From Paragordius varius (taxonomy: Eukaryota; Animalia; Nematomorpha), in contig OZ176058.1 of NCBI GenBank assembly GCA_964247055.1, forward strand, positions 310,001-374,000: 64,000 nucleotides of DNA, given 5' to 3'. A program made the position numbers and the translations under genes. Shown in pieces: positions 52,357-64,000 of the stretch. The stretch's first letter is position 1, and the number at the start of each line of letters is the position of its first letter. The notes beneath the pieces are model-generated. The model was not told the origin of the DNA. It was given only the letters and a program-made list of their open reading frames with translations, and searched no databases.

Positions 52357-55300
52357 TAAAAAAAAACTATCAAAAAAATTGGAAATTTATATTTCAAATT
52401 AATCAAATATTTTCAAATAAAAAAATATTAAATAAAAAAAATCTTAAATGTTTAAATATTAAAATTTAAAATAAATAATTTTAATTATTTTTAATTTAAA
52501 ATTTAATTTACAAAAATTGAAAATTTATATTTTATTTAAATTAATCAAATATTTTAATAAAAATATTTTTAAATATTTTAATTTGTTTTAAATAAAAAAA
52601 AATTAAAATTAAAAAAAATATAATAAATTTAAAAAAATAAATTAAATCAAAATATAAAAATAAATATCTATTAAATTTTAAATATTTTAATTTAAATAAA
52701 TTTTTAAATATAAAAAATATATTTATACCACCAATCATTATAAAAATTTCGATCAGCAAAATACAAAATCTCAGCGATAACATTGAAACAGGAATGGAAG
52801 AGCCAATAGAAAAATATTAACCAGATTAGGTGATTTGGAATCTAAAAAAAATTTAAAAAATAAAAAAATTATTTAAAAATTAATTTTTTTTAATTTTAAG
52901 ATTAATTTTTTTATATATTTTTGTGTAATTAAATTAATTTTTTTAATTATCAAGTAATTTTTATTTTTTTTATGTATAAAAAATTTTGTTTAATTTTTTT
53001 TAACTTTATAAATTTGAAAAAAAAAATTATTTTATACATTTAATAATTTTGCATATTATTAAAAAATTTTTTTTTGAAATTTTTAACTTAAATAATAATT
53101 ATTTTATTTTTTTATTTTAATTTTTTTTTGGAATTATATAATTGAAACAGGAATAAAACAGCCAATAAAAAATATCCAAGTCAGATGATTAGTCAAAATA
53201 AAAATTTTAAAAATATTAAAAATTATAAAAAAATAAATAAATTATAAAAAAAATTTTTTGTTTCTTTTAAAACTTTTGTTTAATTTTTTAAAAAGGGAAA
53301 AAAAATATTAACCAAATCAGGTGATTTGGAATCTAAAATAAATTTTAAAAAATATATTTTTTTTAATATTTTAATAAATATTTTATTATAAATAATATAT
53401 ATATTAAAAAAATTATATTTTTATAAATAAAAATTATTATATTTTTTTAATTTATAAATTTTATAATTTAAACAAACTTTTATAAATTTAATTTTTTGAT
53501 TTTTCAAATATTTAATTTATTTTATTTTTATATATATAAAAATATATATTTTACAACTCTATTTTAAAATTTTATAAAATATTTATTTAACAATTTCTCT
53601 AAAAAAATTTGAAAAAAAATTTAATAAAAATTTAAATACCGCTAATTTCAAAAGTCTTTCGAACATTCTAGAATAATCCCAACATTTTTGCAATTATTAC
53701 AATCTTAAAAACTTGTTTTTAATAATTTTTATAAATTTTAATTGATTTTTTCGCATAATTCTCCCAAAAAATCACCAAAATAAACATTTTTTAATTATTT
53801 TATTTAATTCTTTAATAATTTTTTTAAAAATATTTAATAAATTTTTAAAAATATTCAAAAATCAAAAATTTAAATACTGCTAAAAGTCTTTCAAACTTTC
53901 TAACATAATCCATAGAACTGAATGGGTAAAAAATCCATATTATACGTTTTTTCAATAATTCATTTTATATTTTGGAAAAAACACCTGAAAAAACCATTTT
54001 GTAAAAAACTTTTTAAAAAAACATTTTTTAAGCTACTTTTTCGATATTTTCAAAAAAAAGGATTTTTCTAATAATTTTAATTAAAAATATTTAATAATTT
54101 TTCTATTTTAATAAATTTTCAAAAAAAATTTAAAAAAAATTTAAAATACCGCTAATTTTAAAAGTCTTTCAAACATTCTAGCATAATCCAATAATATTTA
54201 TGTTTTTTTTAAATTTTATCCAATTTTTACAAATTTTCAATAATTTTTCGAAAAAAAAACTTTTTTCAAACTTTTAAAGCTATTTTTTTTCCAAAACCAT
54301 TTTTTTAATATTTTTTAATAATTTTACTAAAAAAACATTTCGTAAGCTAATTTTTTTAAAAAAAAGCATTTTTCATATTTTTCAAGCTAATTTTTTTAAA
54401 AAACACCTAAATATATCATTTTTTATATAATCTTTTATAATTTTTCAAGAATATTTCAATAATTTAAAATATTTTTTAATAAATTAATAATTTTACTAAA
54501 AAAAATCTTAAAATAAAAAAAAATTACCGCTAATTTCAAAAGTCTTTCAAACATTCTAGCATAATCCATGGAACTGAATGGCGCCAAGGCATTATTAATG
54601 GTGGGAATTATCCATTGTTGGATTAGGCCAAGCATTAATTGTAATAAAAATATCTATTTTATTAAAAAAATTAATTTTAATAAAAATTAATTTTATAAAA
54701 ATTAATTTTTAATAAAAATTAATTTTATAAAAATTAATTTTATAATAATTTTTTTAAATAAATATTAATTAAAATTTTATAAAAATATAAATTTTTTTAT
54801 TTTTAATATATATATATATAAATTTTTTAAAAAATTTTAAATATTTTTTTATAAAAATTTTATTAAATATTTATAATTTAATTAATTTTTTTAATATATA
54901 TATATATATATAATATATAAAAAATAAAATTTTTTTTAGTATATTTTAATATATATATATATATATATATATGAATTATCCATTGTTGAATTAGACCGAG
55001 CATTAATTGTAATAAAAATATCTATAAAAAAATTTTATTTTATTTTAAAAATGATTAAATAATAATTTAAAAAAAATAATTTTTTAAATATTTAAAAAAA
55101 AAATTTAATTATATAAAATATTTTTTTTAAATATTTTATAAAGAATAAATTTTTTTATTTTATAAAAATTGTAATTAATTTTTTTTATAAAAATTTATTT
55201 TTTAAAAAATTAATATTTTTAAAAAAAATATCTAAAAAAAGTTATTTTGAAAATAATTTTTTATTTTTAAAAAGTTAATATATATTTATTTTAAAAAAAA

Positions 55301-58300
55301 TATTAATATATAATAATTTAATATTTTATAATATATAATTTATAAAAAAATTTTATTTTGAAAATAATTTTTAATTAATTAATTTTTATTTAAATAAAAT
55401 AATTTATCCATTGTTGTATTAGACCGAGCATTAATTGTAATAAAAATATCTAAAAAAAAATAATTTTAATATATTTAATTTATTTAAAAGATTTTTAAAA
55501 ATTTAATTTTTATTAAAAAAATATTAATTTTAAAAAATTTAAAATGAATATTTTTATTTTTAATATTTTGAAAAAAAATAAAATTTTTAGATTATTAAAA
55601 ATATTATTAGGCCAAGCATTAATTGTAATAAAAATATCTAAAAAAAATGATTTTAAAAATTAAATATTTTTTATAAAAATTTAATATTTTTAAAAAAATT
55701 ATTTTAAAAAAATTATTTTAAAAAATTTTTAAAAATTAATATTTTTATAATTTTTTTATTTAAATAAAATAAATATTCATAAATTTTTAAAATTAATATT
55801 TTAATTAAAAATTTTTTAATTAATATATTTTATAAATTAAATATAATTAAATTAGAATTATTAGAATTAATTGTAATAAAAAATCTATTTTAATAAAAAA
55901 AATAAATATTATGTAAAAAATTTTTTTTAATATATATATATATATAATATATAAATAAAAAAAATTTTTTAAGTATATTTTAATATATATATAAATTATC
56001 CATTGTTGTATTAGGCCAAGCATTAATTGTAATAAAATATCTAATAAAAAAATTATTTTAAAAAAAAATATTTTTTTTATAAAAAATTAAAATAATTTAT
56101 ATTTAAATTAAATTTTAAATAATTAATTGTAATATAAATTATTATTTATTTTAAAAATTAATTTTTAATTAAATAATTTTTATTTAAATAAAATAATTTA
56201 TCCATTGTTGAATTAGGCCAAGCATTAATTGTAATAAAAATATCTAAAAAAAATTAATTTTTAAATATTTAAATAAATATTGATAATTAATTTATTTTAT
56301 TTTTTAAAAAAAATATATTTTTTATTAAAAAATATATTTAATTTTTATAAAAAATGTAAATTAATTTTTAAATAATTAATTGTAATAAAAATATATATAT
56401 CAATTTAATATTTTATAAAAAAAAATTTAAATATCTAAAAAAAAATTTTTTAACAATTTATTTTTATTGTTAATTAATAATACTTTATAAAAATTTTAAA
56501 AATTAATTTTTTTATTCAAAATATTTAAATAATTTATTTTATTTTATTAATTTTTAAAATATATCTTTTTAAAATATTTATTTATTTTTCTATTAAATAC
56601 ACATTTAAAATTAATTTTTATTTTATAAAAAAATTATATTATTTTTTATTCAAAATATTTAAATAATTTTTTAAAAAATTTAAATTATTTTTTTATATCT
56701 ATTAATTTTTTAATTAAATTTTTCATATAAAATAATTTTTCAATTCATATATATATATATATATGTATAAGGCCGAGCATTAATTGTAATAAAAATATCT
56801 AAAAAAAATTAATTTTTTTTTTAAAATTAATATTTTTTTATAAAATTAATTTTTTATTAAATATCTTTTTCAAATATTTTTTAAAAAAAAATTTAAAAGA
56901 AATAATTTTTTTTAATATAAAATATAAAAAAATTAATAAATATATATATAAAATTAAATATAATTTTAAAAATTATATATTTTATTTTAAAATATGTATA
57001 TTAAATAAAATATATCTATTTTTAAAAAATTAAATATATTCATATAAAAATAAATAATTTAGGTTTTAAAAAAATTTGAAAATTAAAATATATTTATAGA
57101 AATAATTAATAAAAAATTATATATTTATTTTTTTAAAATTAAATATTTTTATTAAATTTAATAAAAAAAAATAAAAAATAAAAAAAATTAATAAAAATAT
57201 TTATAATTAAAATAATATACCATTTCCATAATTCGTTTGAATAAAAATAATTTTCTAATTCTTTGAGTTTTTGGGAAATTTAATTCATAACAGAACGTGG
57301 GCACCAATAAGAAATAATATAAATCTAAAAATAAAAAATATTTAAAATTATTTAATAAATTTAATAATATTAAAAATAAAAATATACAATATTCTAATTT
57401 TTTAAAAATATATATATTAATTTAAAATTATTTAATAAATTTAAAAATATTTAAAAAATAAATATATATAATAAAAATATAAATATTTAAAAATAAATTA
57501 TTTAATTTTAAAATAATTTCAATTTAAAATATAACAAATATTTTGATTTGATAATAAAAATATGTTTATAGATATTTAAACTTATTTCTATGCATATGTA
57601 TATATTTATTTTTTCATTTGTAATTATATTTATTATGCAAAAAATTAAAAATATATATATATATATATATATATTTTCAAAAATTTAATTAATATTTAAT
57701 ATAAAAATTATATTTTATAAATTTATTAAAATTATCAATAAAAATATATGTATTTTAAAATATAATATAAATAACTTATTATAAAAAAAATAAAAAAATT
57801 TTTAAATTATTTTAATAAAAATATATTAATTTTTCTAAAAAAATTACCTTTGAGAGTTAAGTTATCAGGATATTCTACAGGTTTTCTTCCAAACAAAATT
57901 TTCAAATCTAAAAAATATTTTTTTTATTAATAAAATAATTAAATTTAAAATAAATTTTTAATTTAATTTTATAAAATTATTAAATTATTTAATTTTTTAT
58001 TAAATAAAATAATTAAAAATATAATATTTAAATAATATTTATTTTTATTTAAAAATTAATTTTTTTATTATTATATTTTTTATTTAAGTTTTATTTTTAT
58101 GATTTAAATTATATATTTTTATATTTTATTTATTTATAAAAATAATTTTTAGATACAAATAAAAAAATATTATTATATAAATTTTTACTAAAAATTAAAT
58201 ATTTCAACAATATTTTTTTAATATAAAAAATGAATTAGTATATATTTTAAAAATGTAATTTTTAAAAAATTTAATATTTTTCTAAAAAAATTAATGTAAA

Positions 58301-61300
58301 ATAAAATAAAATTATAAAAATAAATGAAAAAAATTATTTATAAAAATTTAGTTAACATATATATATATATATATAATTTTAAACCTGATTTTAATTATTA
58401 ATTATATATTTTTAAAATATTAATTTAATAAACTCTATTTTTTGAAAAAAAATTTAAAAAAATATAAATAATATTTTATTCAAAAAATATTTTTAAAATA
58501 AATATTAAAAAATTTTTATTAAATATTTTTTTTTAAAAAATATATTTTATAAAAATTAAATTTTTTTTAAAATATATTTTAAAATAATATTTTTAAATAT
58601 TTATTAAAATATTTATAATATTTTTTAAAAAATTTAAAATTAATTTAAAAATTTAATTTTTTACATAATTTATATTTTTTATACAAAAATTAAAATAACT
58701 TTTAAAATATATTTTTTATTTGATTTTTTAAAAACTTATTAAATTCGTTATATGATAAAATATAAAAAACAATTATTTTAAAAAATTATCTTTATTAGAA
58801 AATAATTTAAAAAATAAAAAATTTTTAAAATAGATATTATATATTGTAATTAAATTTAGTCATAAAGCATACTTTTTATTAAATATAATATTTTTAAAAT
58901 AAATTAATAAAAATTTTATAAAAAAAATTCTTATAAAATGAAACTTTAAATAATTTAAAATAAATATTTTATTTAAATTATATTTTTTTAAGAATATATT
59001 TTTAAAACAATATTTTAAAAATAATTTAAAATAATTATTAAAATATAATTTTGAAGTAAAAAAATTATATTTTCAAATATTTATTTTATTAAAATAACTA
59101 TTAAAATATTTTTAATATATAAATTTAAATTTTTTTTTAAATAATTTTTAAAATAAATTTAAAAAATAAAAAAAATGATTTAAAAAAAATTTAATTAATT
59201 TAAAAATAAATTATAAATAAAAAATTTTTAATTAATTTTTATTTAAAAATTAATTTTTTTTATAAGTATAATTTTAAATAAAATAAAAAAATAAAAAAAA
59301 TTATTTATAAAAAATTATATGATTTAAAAATTTAAATTTTCTAATTAAAAAATATATATTTTTAGAAAATTTTTTTTAAATAATTTAAAAAATTGTTTTT
59401 AAAATAAAAATATATTTTCAAATTTAAAATATTTATTAAATAATTTTTTTAATTAAAATTTATAAATAAAATATTTTTTAATTTAAAATTTAACCTTTTT
59501 CATCCCTATAGGCATATAAGCTTTGAGGTGTACACGATTCTCGTTTAACAAATACTGAAGCACTTTTGAAAGTTCTAAAAAAAAAAGTTTTTTTTTATTT
59601 TTAAATTTTATTTTTAATTTATTTTATAAATAAATATGCTATAACTAAAAAATAATTTATTAAAAATAATAAATAATTATTATATTTAAATATTTAATAA
59701 AAATTAAAATAAATTCTATGAATTTTTATTAAACATAATTATATTATATAAATTACTTAAATATATTAATAATTTAAATAAATTATTTAAATATATTTAA
59801 TAAAAATTAAAATATAATTTATAATATTTAAAAATAATTAAAAATATATATATTAATTTGTAAAAAGAATTAAAAATTTAAATTTTTTAAATATTTAATT
59901 TTAATCATTTCAAATATTTAATTAAACTTATTTTAACAAATTTTTATTAAAATATAATTAATTGTATTTGTCTATTATAATAAAAAAAAGAATTAATTTT
60001 GAAAACACATTCAAAAATTATCAGGCGATTTCATTTGGAAAAACAGCCGATATCTGATGCATTCACTTGCACACATGATTAAAACCAGCTGATTTTCCCC
60101 ACATTTATTAGAAATAGAAATCCATATTTATATTCCTCAGATATAAAAAATTTTAAATCTAAAAATATTTAGAAAAAATTGAAATTTGCTTGTTCTATAA
60201 TTAACAATGTTGCATTTTGATAGAAAAAATTTTTTTACATTTGCTGTCTTTATAAATTTATTTTTTTATTTGAATTTATTAAAAGATTTATTAAGTATTT
60301 TATTTTATAATTAAAGAGCTAGCAGATTGAATATGTTTGTATATTAATTATAACCGAAGAGTAATTAATTATTTAAATAAAAAATAAAACGGTCTAAAAC
60401 TGTTTGAAATAATATTATTTTACAAAATAGAAAATAATCCTTTAAAAACAGCTGTTTGAAATAATATTTTACATGAATCTAATATAATCCTTTAAAAAAC
60501 AGTTTAAAAAAAATTTTTACAATAAACTTGAAAATCCTTTAAACAGCTGTTTGAAAAATTATTTTAAATAAAGGAACGAAAATATTTTTTTAAAAAAACA
60601 GATGTTTAAAATATAATTTACATAAGTAAACTAAATCAATCCTCTAAAAAACAGCTAAATAATATTTTTCATAAATAAACAAAAATAATCCTTAAAAAAC
60701 AGCTAACAATAATTTACATGAATTAACTGTAAATTCCTTTAAAAACAGCTGTTTGAAATGTAATTATCATAAATAAACTAAAATAATCGTTCATAAGGCT
60801 GTTTAAAATAATAATATACATTAATAAACTAAAAATAAACTTTTATAAAACAGCTGTTTGAATAATATTATTTTACATGAATAAACAAAAATAATCCTTT
60901 AAATAAATTAAAGTAATCCTTTATAAACAGCTGTTTTAAACTAAAATAGTGCTTTAAAAACAGCTGTTTTATTAATTTTACATAACCCAAAGAAAATAAT
61001 TCTTTAAAAAACAGCTATTTGAGTTTTACATAAATAAACGAAAATGATTCTTTCGAAAACAGCTGTTTGAAATATTATTTCACACGTATAAAATGAAAAT
61101 AATTTTTTAAAAAACAGCTGTTTGAAATAATATTTTACATGAAAAAACTAAAATAAACCTTTATACAAATATTAAATCCATCTATCAGAACAAAAAATTA
61201 AAAAATACCTTTTATTCTTGGGTACATTTCTATTTTCTGCCATATGATCATCACTCGCATGATCAGAATCAGCTGTTATTGAACTACCCTCTGAAACAGC

Positions 61301-63531
61301 TGATGCTTCATCCGCTGATGGCGATAGCGACACAGATAGCGTATTTATTTCATCAAGATTTTCCATATCATTTTCACCTCTGCCATCGTTTTTAAATTCA
61401 TTTATTTTCTTTAAATCATCTGTAGTTAAGGTTGTATTCTTGTCTTCCTTTCTTATTTCATTTGCCGACAGCTGTTTTCTGTGTTGCCTAGGTAACGAGA
61501 CATAAGCTGATGTTGTATTAAAGTCTTTTAAACTATTTTCCTTTATATTTTCATTATCTGTATTAGTAATATAATCATGTTCAACAAAATGTTTAGGTTT
61601 GGCTTTTAAATCTTTTCCACGTCGTTGCCTAGGTAACGAGACATCAGCTGATGGTGTATTAAAGTCTTCTAAATTATATTCCTTTTTATTTTCATTTTTC
61701 ATATTCTCATCTGTATTAATATATAGGGATTTCGATTTGGCTTTTAAATAATCTTTTCCACGTCGTTGCCTAGGTAACGAGACATCAGCTGATGGTGTAT
61801 TAAAGTCTTCTAAATTATATTCCTTTTTATTTTCATTTTTCATATTCTCATCTGTATTAATATGTAGAGATTTCGATTTGGCCTTTAAATCTTTTGCGCG
61901 TCGTTGCCTAGGTAACGAGACATCAGCTGATGCTTCAGCCTCAATCAGGTGTTCATGCGCCATCAGCTGTTGATTGATTGGCAGGTGTCTCCGGATGGCA
62001 TCTCGACACCAATGATTGACAGCCACGTAGGAAACGAGTTTCAAGAAAATGCACGTATAAATCGTTAGGGTATAAACAGCTGCAACTAAATTAAAATAAA
62101 AATTTTAAAATTAAAAAATTTTTAAAAAAAAATATTTTTTTAATAAACTAATAAATATATTTTTAATAAAAATTACTATTTTTTAGAAATAAAATTAAGA
62201 AAAAAATTTATTTTTTTTAAAAAAATAAAATATTTAAAAAAATATAATTTTTTATTTAGAGTTGAATAAAAAATTCTTTTTTAATAAATGAATAAAATAT
62301 ACTTTTTTATATATATTAAATTTAAAATAATAATTTTTTAAAATTTAAAAATTTTATTTAATTAAAATAATAAATAATTTTTAAAAATAAAATAAAAATA
62401 ATAATTTTTATATATATTTTTTTGTTTAGAATTTAATATAATTCAATTATTTAAAAAAAATATTTATTTAAAAAAAAATTTAAAAATTTATTTTTATTTA
62501 AAATTAATATAAAATGTTTTAAAAAAAATGAAAATAAAATTTAATTAAAATAAAATTATTTTTTTTTAAAAAAATATTTAAAAAAACCAAAAAAAACTAA
62601 TTTTATTTTAGAATTATAATTAAAAAAATGACTAATACTATTATTATTTAAAATAAAATAAGTTAATAATTTATTATTTAAAATTTTACCATAAAATATT
62701 TTAATTTACCAAATTATAAAATAATTCAAAGATTGTATAAATATATATATATATATATATATTAAAGGAAAAATTTAAAATAATATAAAAGTGTAAATAT
62801 TTTCTGAAATTTTATTTTTTAAAGCTTTTAAAAAAATTATTATTAATTGAATTTATGACAACAAAAGGCTTTTAAATTTTATATAAATTTCGAGAAAAAT
62901 CTTTTTTATTAATTTTTTTAAAATATACGTTTCTCTAAATAATAGAAAATAAAAAAAATAAAAAAAATTTATAAATATCAGCTGTTTACTTGGATTTGGC
63001 CGAACCATCCAAACAATAACAGCTGGAAAAATTAAGACAGTTATTATATTCAAGGATTGTAGAATTAATCCAAATTTTTCGGGCATTTTATTCTAAAAAT
63101 AAAAATAATTATCTAAAAACAGCTGATATTTTGAAAAAAAATAAAATTTTAAATTTATAATAAATATTATAAATAAAAATTGTTATTCTATAAATATTAA
63201 AAATTTGATAAAAACACAGTTGATAATATTTGATAAAACAGCTGATTTATCACAATTTCACTAAAACTGCTTTGATTGCAAATTATGAAAAATTATATTA
63301 TAAAAATTAATAAATAATATTTAATATTCCCAGATATTAATAAATATATATAATATATATATCGTAGATGTAATTTTGGGTAATTAAAAAGCGAAAACAC
63401 ATATACTATGTTAATTTATAAAATAATAAAAAAATGTTTTAAACAGCTGATATTTTTAAAAAAAAAATTATATTATACTTTGGACATTAGTTTTTCCAGT
63501 GCAAAACAGATGAGAGGAAATGTATTTGAAA
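42913..63531 (-). CDS. DGAT1: Diacylglycerol O-acyltransferase 1 (MBOAT family), 5'-partial; exons 63479-63531, 62990-63092, 61209-62085, 59495-59574, 57848-57907, 57221-57324, 54528-54653, 52729-52841, 51359-51424, 46175-46262, 44084-44146, 42913-43059
   Basis: All exons are AG/GT-bounded and phase-consistent. Motifs: [93 protein letters not shown] (catalytic His), and [22 protein letters not shown]. Confidence 0.97.
45741..45984. mobile_element. MITE-like family A copy in a DGAT1 intron
   Basis: TA-CCATTTACAGTTCAAATTCACCC ... TTAAATGG-TA, with the shared internal AACTCATCATTAATA segment. Confidence 0.7.
46300..47760. repeat. Degenerate AT-rich tandem repeat in a DGAT1 intron
   Basis: Recurring AAATTTACAGTAAAAT and TATATGTTATAAAAAATTAAAAGCATAGTAAAATTGATAAAAT modules. 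Confidence 0.7.
50235..50514. mobile_element. MITE-like family A copy in a DGAT1 intron
   Basis: TA-CCATTTACAATT...GAATTGTAAATGG-TA. Further degenerate copies lie at about 19230-19280, 20640-20880, 30667-30925 and 63690-63780. Confidence 0.75.
50661..50953. mobile_element. Full-length family B MITE example (others at about 16250-16500, 16830-17010, 18950-19030, 32510-32810, 43690-45480, 48100-49880)
   Basis: TA-CAGTAAAAAC...TTTTTACTG-TA with internal inverted GGACAAAACGTA/TACGTTTTGTCC. Confidence 0.75.
51750..56800 (-). repeat. Intronic partial copies of DGAT1 exon edges, including their splice sites
   Basis: Exon 52729-52841: donor-side copies at about 51751, 51888, 52270; acceptor-side at about 53141, 53302. 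Exon 54528-54653: donor-side at about 53635, 53873, 54144; acceptor-side at about 54974, 55403, 55607, 55866, 55996, 56197, 56769. Confidence 0.92.
60390..61150. repeat. Intronic tandem repeat, about 55-70 bp, about 13 units, most carrying AACAGCTGTT
   Basis: Unit CCTTTAAAAACAGCTGTTTGAAATAATATTTTACAT...AATAAT, directly beside the donor of the large DGAT1 exon. Confidence 0.88.
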
Positions 63532-64000
63532 CTAATATATATATAATTTGAAATAAAAAATTTAATATAATATATATATATATATAAATATATATATAAT
63601 TTGAAATAAAAAATTAAATTTATATTTATACATATATGTATATATAAATATATATATAATTTGAAATAAAAAATTAATTATATTTATAAATTTACCCTTA
63701 AACAATTCACTTTCACCTTAAAAAAAATTATTATATCAAAAACTAGTATATAATATAAAATATATCTTTATGGCGGATCTTTTCATCCTTTCAGTTTTTT
63801 TTCTTTAAAACAAGAATTTTTTTTATTTTTTAAATAGCATATCTAAAAATCTATAGGTAAGTTTAAATTAAAAAAAAACTCATAATTTATTTTAATGAAT
63901 TTAAATTGTAATTGGTTTAAACTATGTTTTATCACAAACATTTATTGTCAATTTTTTTAACAAACAAATATTTCTACATAAATTTCATAATCATGAGTTT

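Noticed and set aside
63765-63865. ATGGCG start and a TAG|GTAAGT donor-like site on the + strand
   Set aside because: The frame closes within a few codons, and the flank resembles the internal part of MITE family A.
1-64000. Assignment to a specific taxon (e.g. a plant-parasitic nematode, suggested by AT richness)
   Set aside because: The NDUFB5 motif EIPEGYxPxxxEYYK looks closer to the arthropod/vertebrate form than to the C. elegans form as I recall it. The taxon cannot be fixed without a database search.

Overview
Extremely AT-rich eukaryotic (metazoan-type) genomic DNA. Exons are small GC-richer islands separated by long GT-AG introns. I could splice four genes by hand. (1) NDUFB5-like (+), whose 3' half is present twice. 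(2) SMIM13-like (-), complete, plus an orphan duplicate of its last exon. (3) AHSA1/Aha1 (+), complete, 6 exons, with a 6.7 kb 72-bp satellite in intron 2. (4) DGAT1 (-), 12 exons in the window, 5' end outside it. The intergenic and intronic DNA holds many TA-flanked MITE-like elements. The most striking unexplained pattern is that exon edges of three unrelated genes are reiterated in tandem just outside the exon they come from. These 'echoes' include stop-codon ends (17+ copies for NDUFB5, about 12 for DGAT1, 3 for AHA1), the AHA1 start codon (4 extra copies), and splice acceptors and donors. Their variants are mostly synonymous in the parent reading frame. A second pervasive signal is a palindromic E-box (AWCAGCTGWT, CAGGTG), often paired with TTCATTCA. 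It is concentrated in the lineage-specific insertions of the proteins and in the arrays. I saw no rRNA, tRNA or CRISPR. All counts are by hand, and the species cannot be determined from this window.
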